The notes under the pieces were generated by a model that had not been told where the DNA came from, did no database searches, and worked only from the letters and a program-made list of their open reading frames with translations. Position numbers and translations under genes: made by a program. This document shows positions 13,169 to 27,640 of a stretch of 64,000 bases of DNA, one piece after another. The stretch comes from Octopus vulgaris. Taxonomy: Eukaryota. The stretch is from positions 103,044,001 through 103,108,000 of the forward strand of contig OX597817.1 in the NCBI GenBank assembly GCA_951406725.2, in the 5' to 3' direction. Numbering within the stretch: position 1 is the first letter of the stretch; every line of letters begins with the position of its first letter.

Positions 13169-14048
13169 CTAAAAAAATTTTTTTTTAAATCCAATTGCTT
13201 TACTTAAAACCACATATATGCAGGAAAAACATGGATACATAACAGCTAAAATAATAATTGGAACTTAGGTACTTTATAATTAACTTGGATCAATTTCTCA
13301 AGCATGATAACTGGATATCAATGAAAGACTGCTACACTCAGATTTGTGGTTGATTTGGGGAAAAACAAGTTTAACACAGCAATGAGAGAAATTTTTTAAA
13401 CTGACTACAATTAAGAACATTTTTTTTACGTTTTATAGCTCTTCAATCAAATTCCTTCCTCTTCATAAACAATCATATCACTGAAATCTCAAACCAACAA
13501 GATAATGCATGATTAATTCAAAACAATGTGATTAAATAAACATTGCATTCAACATAATCTGAATGCTAAAAGGTTAATTTTTACTTAATCAACTAATCTA
13601 TTTCTGGTCAAGAAACAAATACTCTAGTCTCAATAAAGATAAGAGGAATTTATTTCTAATTTACATCTTTTTATTTCTGAAGCCAAAGTACCACATCTAA
13701 AGGTTATTTTCAAATTCTCACTCACTCACTCACTCTATCTCTCTCTCCCCGTGAGAGAGAGAGAGGGGGGGGAGGGGGGGTAATTTAAAATGAATGGTGC
13801 AAAAAACAAAACATACCTGTAAGTGTTGTAATGAATACATTGCAAAGATACGAGTGCAACATGAAAGGTTAACTCTTCAAGTTTCTAATGACAGTCACAA
13901 GCGAGATTATCAGTGTTGCCAAAGAAACTTGGAGAGTTAACCTTACATGTTACATCTGTAGTTTTGCAATATATTCATTACAAAACTCACAAGTTTTCTT
14001 TTTGTACAATTTTATTTGAATTACCCAGTGTGTGTATCTATCTATCTA

Positions 14049-14083
<35 letters not shown>

Positions 14084-14136
14084 ACATACATATATATATA
14101 TATATATGTATACATACATATGCATACATACATACA

Positions 14137-16284
14137 CAGGCATAACTCAGCTTAAGTCATTTTGATTTAAGTCTTCTTAATTATATGTTGGTTTTCAAAA
14201 ATAATACATGGAAAAATAAAAATCAAGTTAAGTCATTTTACTTGACTTTACATCTGTCCGCCACAAATATCGGACTCGTAAAATCACTAGAAAACCGTTA
14301 AAAACACAAAATCATGTTACTATACAATAAGTAAGAATAAAAGCATATACAATCATATTAAAATACATACAATAAATGTTAAGACACACACCATAAAGTA
14401 GTGTGGCTTAGTGAACGAAATCATGAAATCAGCTGTGTTGTCATTTCTCAGCCTTTCAGAGCTCATATTGCACTGTAATTCCATATCTACTGTTAGGTGT
14501 CGTTGTCACTCGTGATTCCCACAATTGTTTTGAATTCAAATTTGTTTACATCTGTTTATCAGCTACTACCTCATTCTCATTCACTTGAGACTATTTTTTG
14601 CCCCCTGGCTCCTAAGAAAATCTGTAGTGAAACTGCTAAGTGTCATGCTATAACACTGGAAGATAAATTGGCTATGATAAAATACCATGAAAAAGGTGAA
14701 AAAGTGGTGGCAATTACACAATTTTTTGGGATGAGTCAGACAACTATATTGACAATTGTACATAATAAGGACAAGATTTTAGCACATATCAGATCTGAAG
14801 CCCCATTGATGAAGAATACTGTCATCAATAAGAGGCAAAATCTTTGAAGAAATGGAAAGTCTTCTTTCTCTTTTGATTGTTAGGTTGAATCTTTGAGGAC
14901 CTGAAGGAAAAATATCCAGGTGAGAAAAGATGTAGAGTTCAAGGCAAGTCAAAGATGGTTCATGAGATTTAAGGAGCAAAGAAGTTACCACTCCGTTAAA
15001 AAGCAAGGTGAAAGTGCATCAGCTGACGAACAAGCAGCAGCAGAATTTCCTAATGCATTAAAGAAAATCATCAAAGAAAACAGGTTTCTTCCCAAATAGA
15101 TTTTTAACATAGACAAAACTGGATTGGAAAAAATTGCCAGACAATTCATTCATTTCCAAGGAGAAAACTATTCCAGGCTACAAGGTCTCAAAAGAACATG
15201 TTACCATTGTGCTGGAGATTTTAAGTTAAAGCCATTGATTGTGTATCATGCACACAACCCTCGTGCCCTGAAGAACATAACCACGGCATCTCGCCCTGTT
15301 TTACGGATGGCTAATTCAAAAGCAAGGGTTACTGTTTTTGTTTTCGACAATTGGTTCTTCAATCATTTTATCCCAACAGCAGAGAAGTACTGTAAGGAGA
15401 AGGGGATTCCTTTTATTGCCTTACTTATCTTAGATAATGCTCCTAGCCACCTGCAGAACATCAAAGATTTTGACCCCAACATTACTGTTGTATACCTCCC
15501 GCCGAACATGACGTCTTTTCTGCAACCAATGGATCAGGGAATAATTGCTATCTTCAAGTGTTGAAGCGTACACTGTGGCAAGTAATAGCTGCAACTGATC
15601 TTGATGATACAATATCTAAAAGGCTAAACAGAACATAGCAGCAGCATAGAATGATGTACAGAGCACAGCTATGAATGGTGTATGGAAGAAGCTATGCCTG
15701 CAATTCATGAATGATTTTAAGAGGTTTGATAATGTTGCCATCAACAAAACGTTAGTGACTACAAGCAAAGAACTGGAAATGGATTTGGGGGAGGAAGATT
15801 TCAGATTTATTTGAAAAAGGCAAGCAGCTCCTGACTAATGAGGATTTGAAAGAGCTTCACGAGCAGCAAAATAAAGAAGAGGAAGTCAAAACTGAGCCAC
15901 GTCACTTTACCATTAAATATCAAAAAAGGTCTTTCTATGTTCAAGGATATGGATCCAAATGCTCAATGCTTTTTCCAAGATTATAGGGGCTTGTCCGGAA
16001 ACTTTTGCTCCTTTGTATTTGTAAATTTAGATTACTTTCATTTTTTTTTTTACTGTACTGTATTAAAAATAAAAATTATTTGTTTGTAAGCTTAAAATAG
16101 GTTTTTATTAACCATGTATTATTGAATATGCGTTTATAAATAAGGTACAGAAATGGGAATGGTTTATTATCAGTTTAGTCTAAAGTCAAGTAGATTCAGC
16201 CTAGACTAGCCTAGAGACAAGTTAATTCAACCTAAGTTGTGTCTCCTGGAACCAATTAACAATGTAGGGTGAGGTATGCTTCTG
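14137..16284 (+). mobile_element. Tigger/pogo-family DNA transposon, decayed full length
   Basis: Ends CAGGCATAACTC... / ...GAGGTATGCTTCTG resemble Tigger TIRs; HTH-psq (ITLEDKLAMIK), CENP-B HTH and DDE_1 fragments (LLILDNAPSH, LPPNMTSFLQPMDQGII) with frameshifts and stops. Confidence 0.9.
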
Positions 16285-16310
16285 TGTGTATGTGTATGTA
16301 TATGTGTGTG

Positions 16311-16347
<37 letters not shown>

Positions 16348-17395
16348 TATGTAGCTGTTATAATTCACAGCCATATAACTCTCTGTATGCCATATTTAAA
16401 ATAAACTTTTCAACTCATATACATATTTCTCACTTATCCTCATATGCAGCTAGTCAAATATCAAAGCACACAAAGTATTTCACATGTAAGCAAGTATACA
16501 TTTCTGTGTACATAATATCTAAGATTCCAGTATTACTGTCCTCTGCTAAAATTCACCAAATCTTCACATACCACATAAAATGTTTAATTACATCTTGAAA
16601 ATAATTTGTGGTTATAACCCCAAAATTAATTTGTAGGAATGATAAATATACTTTAAGTATAATAATTCCACAGTGTTAAATATGCTTTCACACAGAGAAA
16701 ATATTTGTTAATCATGCAGAATAGATAAGTAGTATTACCTTTGTGTAAACCAATTTTTGTTTATAGAACAATTTATTTTGACAACAGTGAAATATAACTT
16801 AAAATTTCATTGGTACCAGCCAGTTGGTAGGCAATGATCATGTTGGAAAATACTAATTATCCAGTGAAGTCTAGAAACAGTTGGCCACCTTATCTTGAAG
16901 CAGATTTATTTATTTTCTATATTACTCTACTTCAAGACATGTCTTGAATGGATAAAATATCAATTACATACTGGTAGGGACAAACACACAAATAGTCATT
17001 CAGTTAAATATTCGCCTTCCCATTATCACTTGCCAATAGGATATCATTTCAAAATGTTGCATTTCAAACCACACCTAGTCCCACCAGCATGGATTAGTTT
17101 AACATTATTTTAATTTTTTACATCAATGGCCAAAGATAAACACTGGTTATACACCCAGAATCCCAAGCAAGATGGTTCTTACAATCTATAATGGTGTAGG
17201 AAAGAAAGGGATTAAAATGGTAGTAATATTAAAAATATGTTTACTATTGAAATACATTTGTGAAAAAAACAAACAACTAAATTATTTGAATAGTGAAACA
17301 TTTTCACAGCTATCTTTAGCATTATTTTCTTTTTCCTAATAAAAAGAGTATTTAAGAAGTAATGGAGCTCTGAAATACATAGATAAATTGCTTAC

Positions 17396-17479
17396 CTTGA
17401 CCATCTTCTTTGAAAACAAGTTCTCTTTTCACATCCTCACTTTCGTTTTTACCTCGCCTTCTGTTTTTACCTCCCTTAC
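17396..17479 (-). CDS. EIF1A: eIF1A coding exon 2 (84 nt; (G)[27 protein letters not shown])
   Basis: Basic N-terminal tail; tttttttag acceptor, gtaagc donor; phase 1-1. Confidence 0.97.
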
Positions 17480-20396
17480 CTAAAAAAATAAGCCGTAAAG
17501 GAAAATTGTTATAATTGTTAACATTACACTTAAATCATACAGTCTTCATTTGCATTTACTACAAAGCCCTACTTTTTTAAAAAATCTTGTTCACTTCACC
17601 TAAATAAATTCTGTTATCACTGGTGAGTGTTTTCCAGTCATTTTAAAAACGTTTTGCAAACTGTTCCTATAAATAATAACCAGTTATAACTTTAAAAAAT
17701 AAGTCACTGATTATAGGAAGACTTAGTAAATGAACATTCTGATACAATACTAAAATCTGTATCATTGCATTTGAAATAAGTCCTATTTCAGGAGTACTGA
17801 CTGACAAAATCAGCAAGTATCGAAGTAATTCTGTTGTACATATTGATGTTTCTATGGAGTAAAATTAGAATTCTGTAGTGCAAGTCTGCAGCAAGCATTT
17901 TTTTAAACCAGTCAAATGATGCCATTCTGATCAGAAATTAAAATGATTAAAAACTTCAGGAAGGAATCTACCAGTATGTTAAATCTATGTTTATACCAAA
18001 GAGGTTTAAAAGAAAAAGATTTAGAGTTAATAAGAGAAAAGGGATGTACAAATAGCAATTAATGAAAGCAGGAAAAAAATATTTCAACATGTATAATACT
18101 TTGTATACAGACCTAGCTGAGAGACTTAGATATACTCAGGTCAATGACAGGCTTCTATGTGGTCATGAAACTTCCTAGAAACAACTGTAAAATCTCTTGC
18201 AAAACCCTACCATCTTCAAAAAAAATAAATAAAAAATAACACTGCACGCTGCCTTGGATAGATGTTGTCAGCAAAACAGATTCTGGGAAACCTGTCATAC
18301 AACCATTAATAAAGGCCACTGCATTACATCCCACCACTTCCAACAGCACACAACCACTATTACTCAGGACTACCAACTGAACAATGCATCTGTTGATCAC
18401 AGCTAATCAACAAGTGTCTTGATAAATGCAGATATGGGACATAATTTACAAATATACTTTTACCTTCTTGTATCAGTCATTAGACTGTGGCCATGCTGAG
18501 GCACTAGCTTGGAAAATTTTTAGTCAAATCTACCAATCCCAGTATTTATTTTTTAAAGCTTGATACTTATTCTATCAAACTCATTTGGCAAACTGCTAAG
18601 TTAAGGGGATGTAAACACATCAGCAGTGGCTGTCAAGCAGTAGGCATGGCTGCGTGGTAGGAAGCTGGTTTCCCAACCACATAGTTTGAAATTCAGTTTC
18701 AATGTATAGCACCTTGAGCAAGTGCCTTCTACTAAAACCTTGGGTTGACAAAATGTAAATAAACATGAAAAAGGTTAAAATTTCAGAAATATTTTAATTT
18801 ACTCAAATAGTGAATGAAAATCAATTTGAAATAATTCCCAGTTATTTTTGAAAAAAATCTTATAAATAAAATCCCTTATCTCTATTAAAACTTATGATTT
18901 ATTCCATGTTGGCAGAAGTCAGATTGATTTGTAGTGCAGTTTCATTCAGTTTCTATAGCATCTATTGTGAAGCACTGGCCATGATTCTCATAAATATCTT
19001 TATCAATATACAATTTTTACCTATCAATCATGATGACTTCACTATACAAGCCCATATTACTCTTCAACACTCATCTATATCACCTTGTCATTAATATTTA
19101 GCGTGCCCTGCCTTTCATGTAAATTAACATATAGCAATCAAATCATATGAAATTCGTTTTTCTCTTGCTCTACAGATCTGTATTTGATGTCAATATCTTA
19201 CTCCTATAGTACCATATTCCTACATTCTTTTGCATATAGAGTTAATTTCTTCCATGCAGTTCTTACTCCAGGCATTACACTTTCATTCAGAGAAAACAAG
19301 CTATCTATATCCAACAAACCATCTACACAGATTATGAATCTCATTTACCTATTGCCCAACATTTATTACAACAGAAGTTCTGGTTCTTTAACATCAGAAA
19401 TCCTACTACATTATAGAGTGCTCAATGTTAACATAGCATATAAAGCAGTTATGGGCACCCTGCAGTCCACAGGACCTTCTGATGGCAAGCCTAATGAAAA
19501 GTTAATGAAGTAGTGAAGCTCACCTGATGATGAGCCACATCTCATGATGCCTGCTTTTGGAAAAAGTTACCCATGTCTGGTAGAGAGTTATCACATCCTA
19601 CCTTCTCCCTTGCTACATATCAAGCAAAATTTTGTCCTATCACTAATTAATTTTTTCCATATTGACCATAAGGCTATTTAACTATCAATCATTCTTCCAA
19701 GCCTGGAACATTTTCAACAACTCTTTAACTAATATGAATTAGGTTACCAGCATATTGAAATTTTGAAGATAGGATAGGATATGTTTGTAATATTTGCAAC
19801 TCTGATGGACCTACTTCATCTAAAAGTCATCTTTGATTCTCTCTAGTCTTTGTATTATCACCTCCAGAATTATGGTAAAAGGATAAAGGATTGAGCTCTA
19901 ACACTAAAATTATTCTCTCAAATTCACTGCTTATCTTCTAGTAACTATTGTAAGAGTAATTATTCATCTACAACTTTCTGACTGTGGGCTAACATATTTA
20001 ATGCATTACGCCAAAAAGAATTCTAAATCATGTAAAATTACACCCATGAGATTGGAAATGAAGGATACTGCTTGCATGATAGTGACATTCACTCACAATT
20101 ATCACACAATATCAAAGCCAGGAGACAATAACACATACATATAAGACTGGCTTCTTTCAGTTTCCATCTACCAAATCCCCTTACAAGGCTTTGGTCAGCC
20201 TGGAGTTTTAGTGGAAGACATCTTCAAGGTGTCACTCAGTGAGACTGAACCTGGAACTATATGGTTGGGAAGCAATCTTCTTACCCTATCACCACATCTG
20301 CAACTATGTAAATAATTATTGTATTTGATCAAGTCTGCCAATTATTTTAATCTTCAAAGAAATAAACAAAATAAGAAAATAACTAATTTTTAATAA

Positions 20397-21014
20397 TCTC
20401 TTATTATAAAAGGCAGATTTTATCTGCCTCCCTTTGTCTCTTATAGAAATCTACAATATAGGATTTCTTCAATTATAATTTACCTAGCATTTTTAAGAGT
20501 AGAATACATCGGGTCGTGCCAGGTACAGATTTTCAAATTTCACCCCCAATTAAGCAAAATTTCGAGAAAACTCACATTGTGGTGTGTAAGTGAAGTGCTT
20601 TTCTTAGTGTGTGCTACAGCACACACACACAAACGGAGCGAACTGCTTCACTCATGCTATCACCCTAATTTCTCCTACTTTCACTTTGCAAGTGTACCTT
20701 ACAACACTACTCAAAAAAAAAAAACAGCAAACAGAAACAAATAAATACATAACGATTTACTCCTCACACAATTTCTTCAATTACAGTTTACCTATGATTT
20801 TTACAAGTACTTCCATTCGGTCATGCCATACAAAATTTCTTTCAATTTCACCCCCAATTAAGACAAAATTCGAGAAAACTCAATATTTTAACTTTTCACT
20901 CTTTCACTTTGAAGCCTTTACTCTGCCTATTACTCCCACTTCCTCTTTAGACACACAGACACGCTAATATATACAACAGTGTCAATTGTTGACAGACATT
21001 GTAAGCTAACGTGT

Positions 21015-21054
<40 letters not shown>

Positions 21055-22582
21055 GTGTGTGTGTGTGAGGGTGTGTGACAGGGATGAGCCATTCAGAATG
21101 GTCATCCTTTTTGCTACAAGATCACCTATGGTCTTATTTGCTACACCACTGGTTTTCAGTTCATATTAATCAAATTAATATTCACAACAAGGACTATTCA
21201 TTATAATACATCAGTTCCACACATTTACCCTGGTTCCATTTCGGACAACTGCACAAACATTTGCCATTTCACACATGTATGTAAACAAATTCCTTTCTTA
21301 AAAATTTCAATTCATACAAAGTTTTTTAGGACAAATATAAGATCTAAAGTATATCCAAGTAGCAGAAAGATCACCCAAAAGTGTATATAGATATTTAAAT
21401 GTATTTATATATTCATCTATACACACATGTAAATGTATTTATATATTCATCTATACACACATGTAAATGTATTTATATATTCATCTATGTACACATGTAT
21501 GTATAACGTGTGTGTATATATTTCCATAGAGGTAACCATTCACTCCATGCAAAGTTTTTTAGGATGAAAATAAGATCTAAAGTTATCTCTAAGAAGCAGA
21601 AAGATCGCCCAAAAGTGTATATAGATATTTAAATGTATTTATATATTCATCTATACACACATGTATGTATAATGTGTGTGTATATATTTCCATAGAGGTA
21701 ACCATTCACTCCATACAAAGTTTTTTACGACGAAAATCTTTATATATAAAAGAAAGGTTGTGTGTCTGTCTACTCCGATTTAGATTCCTAACTACTCCCA
21801 CATTTTGCGATGCAGTTTAACCAAAACCAGGTATCTTATAGTCGTGATTCATATCGAGCCCTTCTGGGTATTAGCGCACGTCTACAATGAGGCTACGATT
21901 TTACAAATAATTTACCATCATTTTTTCCATTTTAATGCATATTTTTTTTAATAAAGGGAAGTAACTCTCAAACTTCACACCAATATGCGTGCTCATATGC
22001 GACGTAATATCACATCAGCAGCATTTCCTCACACCCTCCTTGCACTTGGCGAAGGCAAAATACCAGGGGATGAAAATGGTAATATTGCCATCGATTCCAT
22101 TTGTACCATTGTTAAGACGCCTTCTGATCTCAGAGATGCAGTGTTCCCAGATCTACAAGCTAATTATCAGAATATGGATTGGATTGGCCAAAAGGCTATA
22201 CTGGCCCCAAGGAATAAAACTGTTCACCATATTAATGATGAAGTGCTAAAACTCATTCCTGGGGAAGTCTATGTATATCAGTCTATCGATACAACTCCTC
22301 ACCCAGAGGACGTCATCAACTATCCAATAGAGGTACTCAATTCCTTTGAGCACCCCGGACTACCACCACACATTCTCAAACTTAAAGTTGGTGCCCCTAT
22401 AATGCTCATCAGAAATTTGATTCCCCCAAAACAATGCAATGGCACACGTTTGATCGTTAAGTCCTTATCTCCCACCGTAAACTTATATCAATATTTGCCT
22501 GAATAATCATCATAATTCAGTGCAATCATTAACAGTACTTTCAAGCAATTCAGCCCCGAGCAACGCCGGGCAATTCTGCTAG
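20397..22582 (+). mobile_element. Non-autonomous Helitron carrying a PIF1-like helicase fragment (ORF 21985-22506)
   Basis: a|TC 5' end; 3' GC-rich hairpin CCCCGAGCAACGCCGGG then CTAG|t; helicase motifs AILAPRN, GLPPHILKLKVGAPIMLIRNL and CNGTRL. Confidence 0.88.
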
Positions 22583-22722
22583 TTTGAAATAGTAGAGATT
22601 GCCAGTTTTGTTGTCACACATTAAAAGATAAAACCTTTTCATTCAGTAGTGAAACTATCTACATATATGATATAGCTGGTTGGTAGAACTTTTTACTGTT
22701 AAGAAACTCCATACCACTACAC

Positions 22723-23700
22723 TTGTATATAAACACTCTACCTCAGCATGTCCAGAGCCACTTCAGGTTATTTGCTGACGATACAAAGATCTTCGCAAGG
22801 AATGACAATGTGACCATGGCAACACTGCAAGACGACCTGGATCGCCTCCATGAGTGGTCAAACTGGCAAATGTGGTTCCATCCTGAGAAGTGTTCAGTCT
22901 TGAGAGTGGGGAACCCAAAGACAGACAAGAAATACTACATAAGAGGCCAGGATGCACAAGGAGAATGGACTGTGGTGGAGCTAGCAGGAAGTGAAGTAGA
23001 GGGGGATCTTGGCATCTTGATCGACAAAGGGCTGACCTTCAGGAACCATATAAACCAAGCAACTGCAAATTGAATCCTTGGAGTCATCTGCCAATCATTT
23101 GACTTCATTACCCTTGTTGTCTTCGTCCAGCTGTACAAGTCTCTAGTTCGCCTGATTCTTGAATATAGACACATAGTTTGGCAACCCCGGCATAAGGCAA
23201 TGTGTTGCAAGTTGGAGGATGTTCAGCGGTGTGCCACCAAACTCACTGCATCATTGAAAGAAAAGCCATACCCAGAGCGCTTGGCTGCACTAAACCTGTC
23301 TAGTCTCAAACAGGGATATGATCAACATGTATAAATATACGCACGACCTGTACCTGACCAACTGCCCCCAATTCAACTACTTCCAAGGCAGAAATACAAG
23401 GACACAGCCTGAAATTAGAAAGATCACACTGCAGGTTCAACATCAGAAGCTGCTTTTTCACACAGCGTGTGACCGCCACCTAGCACAGTTTGCCAAATAG
23501 TATGGTTGCAGCTCCATCAGTCAATGCCTTCAAGAACAAGCTTGACGCACACTGGAGGGAGCTTCCAGCAAAATTTGACCTTATCTGCTACTATTAGCTG
23601 CAACTGTCAAAGTGTTGTACTATACACGACAAATTAATTGTACAAGTGGAAAAGGACCTGTGAACAAGCTCCTAGGAGCTTCAACACGGAAAGTATCCAG
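22723..23700 (+). mobile_element. 5'-truncated CR1/L2-group LINE (RT C-terminal half)
   Basis: LFADDTK, LQDDLDRL, WQMWFHPEKC, DLGILID, LYKSLVRLILEY; disrupted by stops. Confidence 0.85.
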
Positions 23701-25010
23701 TATGATGAACAATTCTGCCATTTAGGGTCCTATCCACCACTAATATTTCGTGTGAAAAATACTGATTCCTATCTTCTATTAGAGCACCTTACTAGTTCAG
23801 GCTTCCCTTACAGATCCTACTAAATGTTTTTTATCCACTTGCCACTCTTCACTTTTAAAACAGTCGGCAGTCATCAGACCTTATGTTAAATACAGTCCAT
23901 CCATACAGCTTTCAAATAAAAAAGAATCTTTTATTTTATTTTAAAACTATGTTGCTCAAAAATTGTACAGACAAAAATTTCTTTTTGAAGACAGAACGGA
24001 CTATACATTGCAACACATAGCAGGAAAATATTCAACATTTTATTTGAGGGTATAGCTATATAAGCTGGTTGTCACTGATGCCAGCTTCCGGCATATGACC
24101 AGAAATTTCAAGAGTGCTACAGTTAATATTTAATTGATCCTAGAACTTAACTGTTATCAACCCGGGAAAGAATGAAAGGTTAAGTTTACCCAATGAAATG
24201 CGGACATAAAACAAAGAAACGGAAATTAAATACCGTTTTGTTCATTTGTCATCCAATATAACTATAATAAATTTTTTTTTGGGGGGGGGGGTGAAATCTA
24301 CATCAGTTTTTCATTTAGTCGATCCCAAGGGAACAAAAGGAAAAGTTGGTCCTGAGGGAATTTGTACCCAGAACTAACAAACATTTTTTAAATAAATGAC
24401 GAATATTGCAGTAACTTTTAGAAGAAATTATCTTTTGCAAAAGCTTTGTTTTTAAAAGATGAACTGACAATTTTTAACAAACATTTTCTAAAATTCTTAT
24501 GCGTCTTACGACTGACGTTAGAAATCTTAAATTAACTCCCTTTATTAAGAAGTTAGGAGGAGGAGTTACAAATTACTATACTCATATAGCGCGGAAAATT
24601 GATATGCAATTTCTAACAGTAAATAAACACGAATAATCTTTTTAGATATACAACACAAATTTTAAGGAAAAGACGTTTCAAAAAAGGAATCATCTAAAGA
24701 AGGTTACTCAAATTTTAGAGGAAGTTAAATAAGCACAAAAGGTATTGTGTGTCAAAATCTACCACTGGGGTGTTTTGCATTTGAATGGTGAGTGTGACAT
24801 TAAATAAAAAAAACGAAACGCAGATAAAGCAACAGTATTTGATCCTTGAATTTCTTATACTAGCAGCAACATAATGAATGTGACGAATCTTCATCACTTT
24901 CTCACTACTCAACCTTGTTCAATGGGGTAGGTGTTTTTCAAGCAGGAAAAACTAACCTTCAATTTGCACAAGGATGAAAAAATTTTTCAGTGATCCTTTT
25001 GGCTCTAGGG

Positions 25011-25234
25011 CAATGGTTTTCAACCGGGGTCCATATAAGATTTCGTTAAAACTTTTGAGCAAAAAATTGGTTACTTTTCTACAATACAAAGTATTTCAAC
25101 AATTTTTTTTTATGTAATTCCCAGTAATATTGAATTACAAATATATAAGATTTTTAATATGGGAGGAGGGACAGTAGAATAATAGGAATTAAATAGGTCC
25201 CTAGGCAAAAAAAAAAAAAGGTTCAGGACCACAG
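25011..25234. mobile_element. hAT-Charlie-type MITE
   Basis: Ends CAATGGTTTTCAACC / GGTTCAGGACCACAG; 8-bp TSD-like flanks CTCTAGGG / CTCCAGGA. Confidence 0.6.
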
Positions 25235-27510
25235 CTCCAGGAGAAATTTTCACTAGGTGACACTAGTTACGTTTGGTACAAAACGTGACATAAAGACTGT
25301 CAATATCCTCTGACTTGCAGCTTTCATTGGACTGGTTCGGAAAATTTGCAGTTATAATATACAATTTTTTATACATTTCCAGAGCAGAATAACCTTCTTC
25401 TCTCCAAAGTATTCTGGAAGAATGTACTGACTCAGCTTTCCTTATTATTTATTCTAGACAGCTAAATTGATACAAAAGTAGCTCGTCAAACTATAAAAAA
25501 TAATTTTATGTTGAGAATCAGAGATAAGAAAAAGCATATTTTAACGATAAAATCTGCATACATCTGATCTGGTTTAAGTAGAGCACATTTGTCAATAGCA
25601 GACCTCCAGTGCACAAAATGAATATTGATAGGGACATTTTTGGACTCCTTTTATCAGTTTTTCTTTAGACTCAAGTCAGCCCTGATAGAGAAGAATTTCG
25701 ACCACCTGTTTCCTTCAGATATTCTAGCAAATACTGTCTGAAGTCAATATCCAACCTTCCAACCAAACATTGGATGTGCAATTACATCTTCCAATGTGCA
25801 CTCCTTTCTGTAGACAGCACTGTGGCTGAAGTAAGATTTGGCTGTTATTTCGGTAAATTGTAAAAGTTTACAAGAAAAAAAGCACACAATTCGCGGTAAA
25901 AATGTAGAAGAAAATCTTTTGGACAATAACAGTTCAATCTATTATTACGTAGGCGCATAGGTACGGACTCTTTACTTCAAAAAGGTACCAAATATTTTAT
26001 AAGCAATCAACTTATAATTATCGATTTGTTTTGCTATTCTTTTTTATCATTGACTTTATAGGGTCCTTCGTCGTCAGTGGATAAAATATCAACCGCGAGG
26101 GAGGCATGAGAGAGGATCGGTACTACTTAAAAGTGGACCCTTTATGGGCATTTTAGAACAGTCGTTAAGAACGTGAATTGAACCTTAGAGGGCGCTTCTA
26201 CGTTTATTACTTTACCGCACATCAAAAATGAATTCAAAAAATGTACTCGCATGAATATCTCTATTTTTTTCCAATCTTAACTTACTTTTCCCAAGGATAT
26301 TTATTTTCGGTGGTATCGCCAACGTCTGCCATCTCCACAATATGGCTTGGATTTACTCATTTCACCTCATGTGTTATATTCCATGGGAAAATCCTGTTTA
26401 CTTCAACATTTCTACCGTAAGATAACTGTCCATAGTTTCTACTTGAATTTTCCGTAAATTATAATTTGAAATGTCAGTCTGTGTCGGATAATAACGAAGA
26501 AGCGTCTCTAAGTGAGTTTAATCAAACTCTAGCAAGTGTTCATAAACATGACACTGATTCATCCGACATCACATGGATTATGAATATGATTTACCAAATT
26601 AGATGAAGTAAACAGTTCAAAAACTTCTTCAGAAGCTAAAATTTTATTGTCTATAACTTAGAATTATTTCAAAATATAAAATCCAGTTACGAGATCAACT
26701 AATTTAAGTAAGGATTTTATGAAGTTTGATCATCGGCGGAATTGATATCCTGAAATAAATTTTAGTCATTAGATTTTATTGGTCCATATAATGTACTCAG
26801 TTAATTATAATCGAGTGCAATAATTGAACTAAAAATGACAGGGTGCTGAAATAAATACCACAAATCATTTTGGTAACTATAGTAGTTTCCAATACCCTCT
26901 AGTTGACTGTATAAAGAAAACGTGAATTACTAACACTTTAGCCTAACTCTCAGGAATATAATCCAAATTTAAATTTCATACATCGTAATTAATAGACAAC
27001 GAATAATTGTAGTAATAAAAATTATAAACTTCTAGCAACAGTTGAACACAAAATAATTTACACAAACAGAAAATGTTCGTTGATATCAAATGAAAATATA
27101 AGTTGTGAAGATTAAAGAGAGCATTTTTCCAAATGTCGATTTAAATCCTGAAGCAAAGCACATGTTATCTGAAATAAGTTTTAAAAATAAAGTGCAATAT
27201 GGCTTCTGGATGCTGTTGTTTTACATTTAGAAATACGCTAATGAAAATTAGTTATAAACAAGCTGATATTTTTTCTTCTATTTGCAAAATGAATAATGTA
27301 CGTGACGGAGCAAAGAGTTATTTATATATTAATTATTCTAAAGAAATATTTGTTGCATAAGATGAGAAATTGATATGGCGAAGTAAGGCGACCCTAGAAG
27401 CAACCAGGAAATACTAAAGGAGAGTAAAAGTACTAATCCATATTGCTAATTAAATTGATTTTTAAAAAAATAAAATGTACAAATTATATAAAATAGATTT
27501 GATGTCTTAC

Positions 27511-27526
27511 CTTTATTCTTTGGCAT
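27511..27526 (-). CDS. EIF1A: eIF1A coding exon 1 (16 nt; MPKNK+G)
   Basis: ATG CCA AAG AAT AAA G|gtaag; joined exons (16+84+104+133+89+6 = 432 nt) give a 143-aa eIF1A. Confidence 0.95.
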
Positions 27527-27594
27527 ATTAAAGCTTCGTAATTTAACTCAATAAAATAGATAAGGTGTCAAATAGATGGAATGATGGGAAATAT

Positions 27595-27640
27595 CTATAG
27601 AGGAAGTGACCTTCTAATTTTTCAAGTTCCGGTTCTTACT
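27595..27640 (-). promoter_or_regulatory. Putative eIF1A core promoter with ETS-like sites
   Basis: AGGAAGTGAC (27601) and TTCCGGTT (27627) lie 75-110 bp upstream of the ATG in a locally CpG-richer region. Confidence 0.5.

Noticed and set aside
19524-19550. CTGATGA-TGAG..CTCA hammerhead-like start
   Set aside because: No GAAA box follows stem II.
21310-21730. Repeat array considered as CRISPR-like
   Set aside because: Eukaryotic context, no unique spacers and no cas genes; it is an internal Helitron tandem duplication.
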